Shown: positions 7,443 to 14,717 of the stretch, piece by piece
How the letters are laid out: each line of letters opens with the position of its first letter
Position numbering within the stretch: position 1 is the first letter of the stretch
Source: an uncultured virus (IMG/VR IMGVR_UViG_3300025098_000001)
Lineage: Duplodnaviria; Heunggongvirae; Uroviricota; Caudoviricetes
Virus record (IMG/VR): IMGVR_UViG_3300025098_000001
Strand: one strand, 5' to 3'
DNA length: 29,007 bases
Program-made: the position numbers and the translations under genes
The notes under the pieces: generated by a model
What the model was told of the DNA's origin: nothing
What the model saw: only the letters and a program-made list of their open reading frames with translations
Database searches by the model: none

Positions 7443-7667
7443 ATGAAACAAATGAATGACTATGTGTTAATAAGAAATGAAAGAAGAACAACCACAGACA
7501 GTGGAATTATATTGAATGCGAACCAAAATGGAGGAATCGTTTATGATTCCCCAGTTGGGGATATGGTTGGAAGATATGTCTATTATAAAAATGGATATAC
7601 TTTTCACGATGAAGGAATAGAATATGTTGCTATTAAATTAGAAGATGTAGTGGCGGTGAAAGGATGA
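7443..7667 (+). CDS. groES: Co-chaperonin GroES (Cpn10)
   Basis: NDYVLI, mobile loop TDSGIIL, VG..VYY, EYVAIKLEDVVAV; directly upstream of groEL. Confidence 0.85.
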   Translation: MKQMNDYVLIRNERRTTTDSGIILNANQNGGIVYDSPVGDMVGRYVYYKNGYTFHDEGIEYVAIKLEDVVAVKG

Positions 7668-9187
7668 AAAGAATTTTACATGGACATGAAGCAAGACAAA
7701 AGTTAATTGAAGGAGTTAATACAGTTGCTAGTGCAGTTGGAGTAACTTTAGGACCGGCAACTCGTAGTGTTATTATTGATAGAAGAGATGGCTTGCCTCC
7801 TTTGGTTGTTAATGATGGAGTTACGGTTGCAAAAAATATTGTTATTGAGGATAAAATGGCTAATGCAGGTGCTAAACTTGTGATTGAAGTTGCATCAAGG
7901 GCGCAGGAAAATGCTGGAGATGGAACTACTTCTTCAACAATCATGGCTCAGTCCTTGATTAACAACGGACAAAATCTATTAGGCAGTTTTACAGGGGTTG
8001 CTATTCGTACAGAACTTGAAAGACTGTGTGAAGAAACATGTAAAAGTTTGGATAATGCTTCCTCAAAGATTGAGGGTAGAGATATATACCATGTAGCAAA
8101 AATTAGTGCAAATAATGATGAAAACATGGCCGAACTAATCTACTCCGCTGTGGAAAAAATAGGATACGATGGGGTTATTTCAGTTGAACCTTCACCTACG
8201 GGTGAGGACACTGTTTCTTTTATCGAGGGCTTTGAATGTGACAAGGGATATATCAACCCTGTTTTGACAAAAATATTCGGTGAAAGCAATACATTTGATA
8301 AGCCGTGGATGCTAATTTCAAATGCAGATATTAATGACTTTGCTCAACTTATTCCTGCACTTGAATTCGCTAAGAAAAAGAATCGACCCTTGATTGTAAT
8401 TTGTAATTCTATCGGTGCTGTTGCACTAAATACATTTGTAATGAATCAAGTGAACGGGAATATCAACGCTTGCATTGTGCAAGCAGAAGACATTTCATTC
8501 TGGCAAACTGAGAAGTTAAATGACTTAGCAATTTTTACAGGTGGTAAAATGGTTAACAAGGAATTAGATATGTCAATTGCAGATATTAATGCCTCATACT
8601 ATGGGCAATGTAATAAGGCAATTATTTCATCTAAGAAGGCCGCATTCTTGGGCTTTATGGGTGATGATGATTTGCTCTTAGAACGCCTTGATGAAATTGC
8701 TACTGATGAATCTATGGCTGAGAATGATTTTTACCAAAAGAAACACTCGGTTCGATATGGAAAACTACAAGGTAACGCCGCAGTTATCGGTATTAGTGGA
8801 ATGTCCGAACAAGAGATTCAAAATAAATTAGAAAGGGTAGACGATGCCTTGAATGCTACAAGAGCCGCAATCGCAGAAGGAGTTATTCGGGGTGCAGGTG
8901 TTGAACTTTATGAGTTTGGCATGAGACAAAGTTTTGGAATCGAAGAGGTTTTCTGTAAAGCATTAAAATCACCTCTTCAAAAGATTTACTACAACATTAA
9001 CGGAGAGGACATGGACTCTGATTTTGATAATGATATTTTGCTTGGTAAATTTTATGATGGCAATAGAAATATATTCGTAGAAAGGGGAGAAATTTTTGAC
9101 CCTGTTCGAGTTGTAAAGTCTTCTCTACGCTCGGCAGTAAGTGTTGCTGGATATGTATTAACAGCAGATTGCTTAATAGGTGAATAA
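7664..9187 (+). CDS. groEL: Group I chaperonin GroEL (Cpn60)
   Basis: TLGP, NDGVTVAK, AGDGTTS, KGYINP, RVDDALNATRAA, DPVRV motifs. Confidence 0.96.
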   Translation: MKRILHGHEARQKLIEGVNTVASAVGVTLGPATRSVIIDRRDGLPPLVVNDGVTVAKNIVIEDKMANAGAKLVIEVASRAQENAGDGTTSSTIMAQSLINNGQNLLGSFTGVAIRTELERLCEETCKSLDNASSKIEGRDIYHVAKISANNDENMAELIYSAVEKIGYDGVISVEPSPTGEDTVSFIEGFECDKGYINPVLTKIFGESNTFDKPWMLISNADINDFAQLIPALEFAKKKNRPLIVICNSIGAVALNTFVMNQVNGNINACIVQAEDISFWQTEKLNDLAIFTGGKMVNKELDMSIADINASYYGQCNKAIISSKKAAFLGFMGDDDLLLERLDEIATDESMAENDFYQKKHSVRYGKLQGNAAVIGISGMSEQEIQNKLERVDDALNATRAAIAEGVIRGAGVELYEFGMRQSFGIEEVFCKALKSPLQKIYYNINGEDMDSDFDNDILLGKFYDGNRNIFVERGEIFDPVRVVKSSLRSAVSVAGYVLTADCLIGE

Positions 9188-9189
9188 AT

Positions 9190-9399
9190 ATGGTAGAAGA
9201 ACCGTATTACTTTACAAATTTTACTTCACATACTAAATACCCTAATACTCCGGAAACGGATATGATGGAAACAGTATTACATGTTGTAAAATTTAAAATA
9301 AATGGAGAAGAAAAAATAGTCGAAGTGATGGCAACTGACCCATCAAATGCGATAAATATAGTAAGGAGAGATTTGAATGAATTGGACAGAAAAATATAG
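9190..9399 (+). CDS. Hypothetical protein
   Basis: ORF with AGGTGA RBS between groEL and rfcS. Confidence 0.65.
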   Translation: MVEEPYYFTNFTSHTKYPNTPETDMMETVLHVVKFKINGEEKIVEVMATDPSNAINIVRRDLNELDRKI

Positions 9400-10282
9400 A
9401 CCGAATGTGATAGGAGATTTGATTGGGCAACATAAGTTTGTTGCTGATGCAGAAACATGGATAAGTAAAGGTGATTTACCACCGGTTCTCATGTATGGAG
9501 TTCCGGGGATTGGTAAAACAACTGCGGCTCATGTATTGGCTAATCACTTTCTTGGTGATGATAAAGATACAGACTTCTTAGAAATTAATGCGAGTCAAGA
9601 CCGTAAGTTGGAAACCGTAAGAGAAACTATTACCAACTTTGTCAACACTCGTTCTGTATCTGGGAACAAGTTTAAAATTTGTTTTCTTGATGAATTAGAA
9701 GGAATGACCCGTGATTCACAGCGAGCATTGAAAAGAGTAATGGAACGAGCAGTAAATGTTCGATTCGTTATTGCTTGTAATGACCCGTATGCTGTTGATG
9801 ACGCTATTCGTTCAAGATGCGCTAATTATTTCTTCACACCGATACCTGAAGACATTCAAGTAAAAAGGTTAATGGATATTATTGTTGAGAATAATGCAGA
9901 TTTTACAGAAGAAAACGCTCGCAAAATTGTAGATATTTGTGGGGGAGATATGCGTCGTGCAATCAATGAATTACAGGCGTGTATTTATTCCGGTAAAACA
10001 CCGGATAATCTACTAGACGAACACATGGGACCTTACAAGTTTTGTTTAGAACAACTTCTTGATAAGAACCCCAACGCATTAGAATTTTTACATAGGCTTG
10101 TTTTTGCAGGTCATACTGTAAAAGATATATGTGGTAAACTCCTACAATGTGTTTTAGATATGGAATTAACACCTGCCGAGAAGTTTAAGGTGGTAGGTGC
10201 AGTAGGAGAAATGGAATGGAGAAGCAGAAGTGTGACACCAAAAGTGCTTGTGGCTTGGTTCACAGCACAATTTATGAAATAA
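9377..10282 (+). CDS. rfcS: Replication factor C small subunit
   Basis: WTEKYRP, GVPGIGKTT, EINAS, LDE, SRC, GDMRRAINELQ. Confidence 0.95.
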   Translation: MNWTEKYRPNVIGDLIGQHKFVADAETWISKGDLPPVLMYGVPGIGKTTAAHVLANHFLGDDKDTDFLEINASQDRKLETVRETITNFVNTRSVSGNKFKICFLDELEGMTRDSQRALKRVMERAVNVRFVIACNDPYAVDDAIRSRCANYFFTPIPEDIQVKRLMDIIVENNADFTEENARKIVDICGGDMRRAINELQACIYSGKTPDNLLDEHMGPYKFCLEQLLDKNPNALEFLHRLVFAGHTVKDICGKLLQCVLDMELTPAEKFKVVGAVGEMEWRSRSVTPKVLVAWFTAQFMK

Positions 10283-10312
10283 GAAAAAATAAAAAATAAG
10301 GAAAGTGAAAAT

Positions 10313-11551
10313 ATGATTGAAAGAGTAGAAAAAGAACTGAACAGTTTGGCGACCCGACTAAGTATTGAAGTCGGAGAAATGAATGAAAAATATACGGAGA
10401 TTGGTAGTAGCAATAATCTCGACTTAGAGGATGAGCGACAACAACTTGTCGCTTTGACTTTGACTCGTAATTATGTTCGTGGCCGTCTTGCATCTAATCG
10501 AACAGCCTCAACAGGCTTTGGTGATTCAGGTGTGGGATTCTTTATTGGTATTGAACCAGCCCGTGATGTAATGGAATGGAAGCGAAAGAATGTGATGAGT
10601 AAATATAACAGTGATTCTTCACAGGCATTGAAAGATGAAATTATTGCAGAAGTTACACTTACAGAAGGTGGGGCTTACGAAAAGACTCAAGTTAAGAACG
10701 GTGAATGGGATACAAGAATTATTCCTCAACTACCTGCTTCGGCTATGGAAGTTGGTGAAAATAATTGGATTGTTCCTATCGACCCCGTTAAGTCTTGGGC
10801 TTCGGGAGATGCAAACAAGAATTACGGAAAACCTTTGCCTAAAGAAGAATACAAACTTCGAGCGCATTTCATTGGAATGAAGGATGGTGGAGATATGCAA
10901 CTTTGGTCGCTTCAATTGAAGAATGAACAAGCAAAGAATTTTAGTGTTGATACATTCCGATGGACTACCATTTACGGTTTGTTTAATGAAGAGCGTAATG
11001 CTATTTACGGTATTCGCAACAAGACTTTGACAAGTATGACTTATCTCGAAAACTTGGATGAAGAAGACCCTCGTTGGGTTGATGTTTCCGGTGAGTCGAT
11101 TGAAGATACACTTGTTGAACATACAGCAGAATATCTTGCAGATATGATTGAGTTGGATTCTTACCATGACTTAATTTCTCAACAACAAGGTTTGCGCCTT
11201 GTCGTTACTGATGGAATTGTTACAAGTATGAATCTTACACCTAATGAGCGAAGTGGTAATAGAGTAATTTGGGTAGAACCTGTTGATGCTAATTACGGAT
11301 TTGATGAAGACGATATTCCTGAATCAACACCAATTTGGGTTCCTTCTCATGTAAATATTGATTTTGGAGTTGGTTCCGATGTTATTATTGTTGGTCGAAC
11401 AAACCAAACGCAAAAGAAAGGTGATGATGGAATGCCTATTGATGGTGAGTATAACCCTGTTACAATTAATTTGTATGGTGTTTATGCTCGAAGTGCAACA
11501 GGTGTTGTTGTCGAAGAAGTTGTAGAAGGCGAATCAATGGAGTTTTGGTGA
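10313..11551 (+). CDS. Putative ssDNA-binding (RPA/OB-fold-like) protein
   Basis: Acidic, beta-rich C-terminal region (DFGVGSDVIIVGRT), acidic-aromatic tail, position in replication block; mostly contextual. Confidence 0.5.
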   Translation: MIERVEKELNSLATRLSIEVGEMNEKYTEIGSSNNLDLEDERQQLVALTLTRNYVRGRLASNRTASTGFGDSGVGFFIGIEPARDVMEWKRKNVMSKYNSDSSQALKDEIIAEVTLTEGGAYEKTQVKNGEWDTRIIPQLPASAMEVGENNWIVPIDPVKSWASGDANKNYGKPLPKEEYKLRAHFIGMKDGGDMQLWSLQLKNEQAKNFSVDTFRWTTIYGLFNEERNAIYGIRNKTLTSMTYLENLDEEDPRWVDVSGESIEDTLVEHTAEYLADMIELDSYHDLISQQQGLRLVVTDGIVTSMNLTPNERSGNRVIWVEPVDANYGFDEDDIPESTPIWVPSHVNIDFGVGSDVIIVGRTNQTQKKGDDGMPIDGEYNPVTINLYGVYARSATGVVVEEVVEGESMEFW

Positions 11552-11561
11552 TTTAATTTCC

Positions 11562-11611
11562 GTGTAAATGTTGGCGGCTGAATGACATTCAAATAGGTGC
11601 AAAGCCTATAC
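11562..11611 (+). ncRNA. Candidate structured intergenic RNA element with T-loop hairpin
   Basis: Stem AATGTT(11567-72)/GACATT(11584-89) and hairpin ATAGG-TGCAAAG-CCTAT (11593-11609). Confidence 0.35.
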
Positions 11612-11627
11612 TTTAAAAGGTGAAAAG

Positions 11628-11816
11628 ATGATAATTAAAATGAATGAAATACTACTAGACCTCGAAGAGGTAGAAACAATAGAATGGAAAGAAGATGATA
11701 ACGAATACGACAGATACAGTGTTCGTTTTCACATGAAAAGCGGTAAAATGTTCACACGCTTAGTGCATGAAAAACAACTAAAAATATTAAGTGAACAATT
11801 TAAGGAGGAAGAATGA
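11628..11816 (+). CDS. Small hypothetical protein
   Basis: AGGTGA RBS; coupled to next gene. Confidence 0.7.
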   Translation: MIIKMNEILLDLEEVETIEWKEDDNEYDRYSVRFHMKSGKMFTRLVHEKQLKILSEQFKEEE

Positions 11817-12724
11817 TGAGTTTGAAAGGAAAAGGAAAGGCGAGTAATCTCGTAAGTAAGGCAAAAGAAGAAGATACCAAGAGTGCATTCGCAAATGCAA
11901 AGGCTAAGGCTTTTAATCAGCGAAAGCGTTTGATGGATAATGAATCAGCATATATGTTATGTGGAATTAGTGGAGACCCCGGAACTGGGAAAACAGGATT
12001 AGCAATTGATTGCAGAACTGATGAAGAAAAAGAAACCCATTGGGTTTTTATTCTTGATTTCGATGAAGGTGCAGAACCTACATGGAGGCAACATTGGTCG
12101 AGCGATGATAAAGTGTTTATCTACAATCCTCATGTTTACAAAGAAGACATGACGGTAGATTATTTGGCTACTGCTGATATGGCCCGTTTCTTTATGGGAA
12201 TGGTTAAAGAAGCAATTGAGACAAAGAAAATTGAATACGGTGAAGAAACTATTGAAGTTGAAGGCGTTAAGGCAATTGTTTTTGATGGATTAGATACATG
12301 GCTTGATACTACAAATATGATTGCCAGACTAAACCACATCAAAGGTAAAGACCCAAGAGCGGCTGATAAAGTTAAAATGGTTCCGACTCAATGGTATGCA
12401 CGAACAGAAGAATACAAGCGATTGTTTAAGGCCGCTTGTCAACTTCAATGTCATAAGTTTTTCATTACACATATGAAAGAAGTGCATGATGGGTTTGAAG
12501 TGGTAGGACAAAAGCCCGATTGGGAAAAGTCTACTACCGCAAAGTTGTTTCAACATATTCACACATACCGTGAAGAAAGAAACAACACGACAAAGTTACA
12601 CGCTAAGGTTCTCAAGTCAAAGACCAATGCAGACAATGAAGGGCAATCCTTCATGTTGTTTGAAAACAATAAAGGTAAGGTTACTTGGAACGGCTTAGTG
12701 CCAATCAAAGAAAACAACCTTTGA
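11813..12724 (+). CDS. RecA-superfamily ATPase (Sak4/AAA_24/RadA-like)
   Basis: Walker A GDPGTGKT, ILDFDEG, Walker B IVFDG, FITH strand. Confidence 0.75.
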   Translation: MMSLKGKGKASNLVSKAKEEDTKSAFANAKAKAFNQRKRLMDNESAYMLCGISGDPGTGKTGLAIDCRTDEEKETHWVFILDFDEGAEPTWRQHWSSDDKVFIYNPHVYKEDMTVDYLATADMARFFMGMVKEAIETKKIEYGEETIEVEGVKAIVFDGLDTWLDTTNMIARLNHIKGKDPRAADKVKMVPTQWYARTEEYKRLFKAACQLQCHKFFITHMKEVHDGFEVVGQKPDWEKSTTAKLFQHIHTYREERNNTTKLHAKVLKSKTNADNEGQSFMLFENNKGKVTWNGLVPIKENNL

Positions 12725-12784
12725 GTGTAATGGTTTTTGATATAGGGGTGCTGTTATGTTATATTATATTATGGGGGAATTTAA

Positions 12785-13558
12785 ATGGAATTTAGAATGA
12801 ATGGAAAGGAATTAAAAGAAGCAATAAATATTTGCAGACTACGGGGAAAATACAATGAAGGCATGGGTAATAAAACCAGTGTTCTATGTGATGATTTATT
12901 CATTGAGGTAGAAGACGGAACGGTTTATATTCAAAATGCTAATAATTATACCTATGTGGTTTATAGACATAATGATGAAGAGGCGGTTAACGGAATGGTT
13001 AATCTGTCCGGCTCTAAACTTGAGAAGTATCTAAAAGATACAGACTTAATATTTAGAAGCGATGATGGAAAAATTGAATTGGCTACGGGTAACAGCGTTG
13101 TGACTTTACCGGTATTAGGTAGACATGCAGAACTTAATGTTATCTATCGACTAAAGAGCAAGTTGCGAAATCTCAACCGTAGAACAATTAGAAAAATGAA
13201 CAGAGAAGGCGAAGATATTTTTGTTACAGAAACTCTGTCACTAAAAACAATGCTTGATGTTGAATCCGATGAACTTACACAAGCGATGGAACTTGCTGAA
13301 AAGGTCGGTAATTCTATTTACAGAATCGACTGGGATGGTGAAAAACTTCTTGTAAGTTCTACTAAGAACAACGAAAGTGTTTATACAGAAGTTACTGCTA
13401 CCGGTAACGATAGAAAGGCTACTGTTGATATTTCACTACCAATTAGTAAATTGGTAAGTAAGGAGAGAGAAGTTATTATACTTTATGATGATGAAAAGCC
13501 TGTAGTATTTGCCAATGAAAAAATTACGGTGCTTCGTGCGCCAAGGTTGGGTGCTTAA
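12785..13558 (+). CDS. Putative DNA sliding clamp (PCNA-like)
   Basis: 257 aa with a two-fold helix/strand pattern (ELKEAI.. / ELTQAM..), terminal DEKPVVF...LRAPR like PCNA 'P......LAPR'; RFC and PIP-box proteins co-encoded. Confidence 0.65.
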   Translation: MEFRMNGKELKEAINICRLRGKYNEGMGNKTSVLCDDLFIEVEDGTVYIQNANNYTYVVYRHNDEEAVNGMVNLSGSKLEKYLKDTDLIFRSDDGKIELATGNSVVTLPVLGRHAELNVIYRLKSKLRNLNRRTIRKMNREGEDIFVTETLSLKTMLDVESDELTQAMELAEKVGNSIYRIDWDGEKLLVSSTKNNESVYTEVTATGNDRKATVDISLPISKLVSKEREVIILYDDEKPVVFANEKITVLRAPRLGA

Positions 13559-13559
13559 A

Positions 13560-13760
13560 ATGGATGAATTAATAGAAACAGTAAGACAATTAGATGCAAA
13601 AATACAACAATTACTACAAAGTAAGAACATGGATGAAGCGCAGTTTTTAAGAATGTATGCTAAGAGCAAGTCCGTTCAAATTGCATTTGCTATGGGTAGT
13701 CGAAGTATGGCTACAATGATGGCTGATAGCGTATTAAAACAATTGGGGGAAGAAGAATGA
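13560..13760 (+). CDS. Hypothetical protein
   Basis: ATG 13560 right after clamp stop; ends GEEE with coupled ATGA. Confidence 0.65.
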   Translation: MDELIETVRQLDAKIQQLLQSKNMDEAQFLRMYAKSKSVQIAFAMGSRSMATMMADSVLKQLGEEE

Positions 13761-14014
13761 AAGAAATACAATGTCAAGGAGAAGATTGTGGAAGAATGGC
13801 GGAAGAAGTTGATGAAGACTATTATGCCTGTGGCCGTTGCGGTTGGGCAGGTAGTGAAGATAACCCTGTTGTTGTTTTACAAAGACAAATAGAGGAATTG
13901 AAATGCGATTTGAGAGATTGCCATGATTTACTTAACGACTGTGGTTTTTTCTATGAAGATGGGAGATGGATTGACCCTCAAGATGACTCTATGGGGGAAG
14001 AAGAATGAAAGAAA
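13744..14014 (+). repeat. 23-bp exact direct repeat TGGGGGAAGAAGAATGAAAGAAA (13744-13766 and 13992-14014)
   Basis: Read directly from sequence; brackets ORF 13757-14008. Confidence 0.9.
13757..14008 (+). CDS. Zn-ribbon + coiled-coil small protein
   Basis: CQGEDC...CGRCG followed by LQRQIEELKCDL. Confidence 0.7.
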   Translation: MKEIQCQGEDCGRMAEEVDEDYYACGRCGWAGSEDNPVVVLQRQIEELKCDLRDCHDLLNDCGFFYEDGRWIDPQDDSMGEEE

Positions 14015-14148
14015 AATGGTTGATAAATGCCATAATTAAAAAGTGGGAGACTGCTTTCGATACTGCGTTTTTAGGAGATGCAGATAACGAAGAACACATA
14101 AGAATACTGATGGATGCTTTAGTTGAACTAAGGAGTGAAGAAGAATGA
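14005..14148 (+). CDS. Small hypothetical protein, 47 aa
   Basis: Hand-translated MKEKWLINAIIKKWE...LRSEEE; ATGA overlaps at both ends. Confidence 0.6.
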   Translation: MKEKWLINAIIKKWETAFDTAFLGDADNEEHIRILMDALVELRSEEE

Positions 14149-14312
14149 GTAAATACTATATTGATAAAGATACTAATACATACTTAGTGCGTTCTGTTAA
14201 TTCACATGAACAAGGTGAGTGGTATTATTGTAGGGGTTGTGAAATGAAATGGGTAAAACCGCATAATCATCATACAAATTGCCCAAGAAGTCAAGGTGAT
14301 AATAATGAGTAA
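14145..14312 (+). CDS. Small Cys/His-rich protein, 55 aa
   Basis: Hand-translated MSKYYIDKD...YCRGCEMKWVKPHNHHTNCPRSQGDNNE. Confidence 0.6.
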   Translation: MSKYYIDKDTNTYLVRSVNSHEQGEWYYCRGCEMKWVKPHNHHTNCPRSQGDNNE

Positions 14313-14544
14313 ATATGAAGAACAAGTAATTAACAAGATTCGTCAAAGAGCAGAAGTGGGTAAGAATAAATACGGTGTGACAATGGAACGCACTGATTTG
14401 AACACACTTGAATGGCTTGTTCATTTACAAGAAGAACTAATGGATGCAGCAGTATATGTTGAGCGTCTATTAAACGATTTAAAAAGATTTAAATTAGAAC
14501 AAAAGTATGGTTCTGAATTTGTAGACTTGATGGAGGACTTGTAA
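14305..14544 (+). CDS. Conserved phage protein, possible all-alpha NTP pyrophosphatase (MazG-like)
   Basis: R..VG..KYG...ERTDL...EWL.HLQEELMDAAVY with EExxD; AGGTGA RBS before ATG 14305. Confidence 0.5.
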   Translation: MSKYEEQVINKIRQRAEVGKNKYGVTMERTDLNTLEWLVHLQEELMDAAVYVERLLNDLKRFKLEQKYGSEFVDLMEDL

Positions 14545-14717
14545 TGTTAATTTATGTCAATGGTTTCATTGATACGGAAGAGGGTTGGACAGACCCTCAA
14601 TATTTGCGAGAGCATTTAGAATATCTGTTCATGGAATACCTTCAAAGTGAAGGTATAAGTTTTAAGATTGAAGAATGGAAAGTGATTGACAATGATAATA
14701 GACACGATGGGGAGTAA
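14544..14717 (+). CDS. Small acidic hypothetical protein, 57 aa
   Basis: Hand-translated MLIYVNGFIDTEEGW...RHDGE; GGAGG RBS, TAATG coupling. Confidence 0.55.
   Translation: MLIYVNGFIDTEEGWTDPQYLREHLEYLFMEYLQSEGISFKIEEWKVIDNDNRHDGE

Noticed and set aside
7443..9187. Bacterial chromosome origin suggested by groES-groEL
   Set aside because: Surrounding RFC, AEP primase, XPF, TFB, histone, GGTGA RBSs and tail genes indicate an archaeal virus.
11562..11611. Hammerhead ribozyme or true tRNA
   Set aside because: CTGAATGA does not fit CUGANGA, there is no GAAA core, and there is no anticodon arm or 7-bp acceptor stem.
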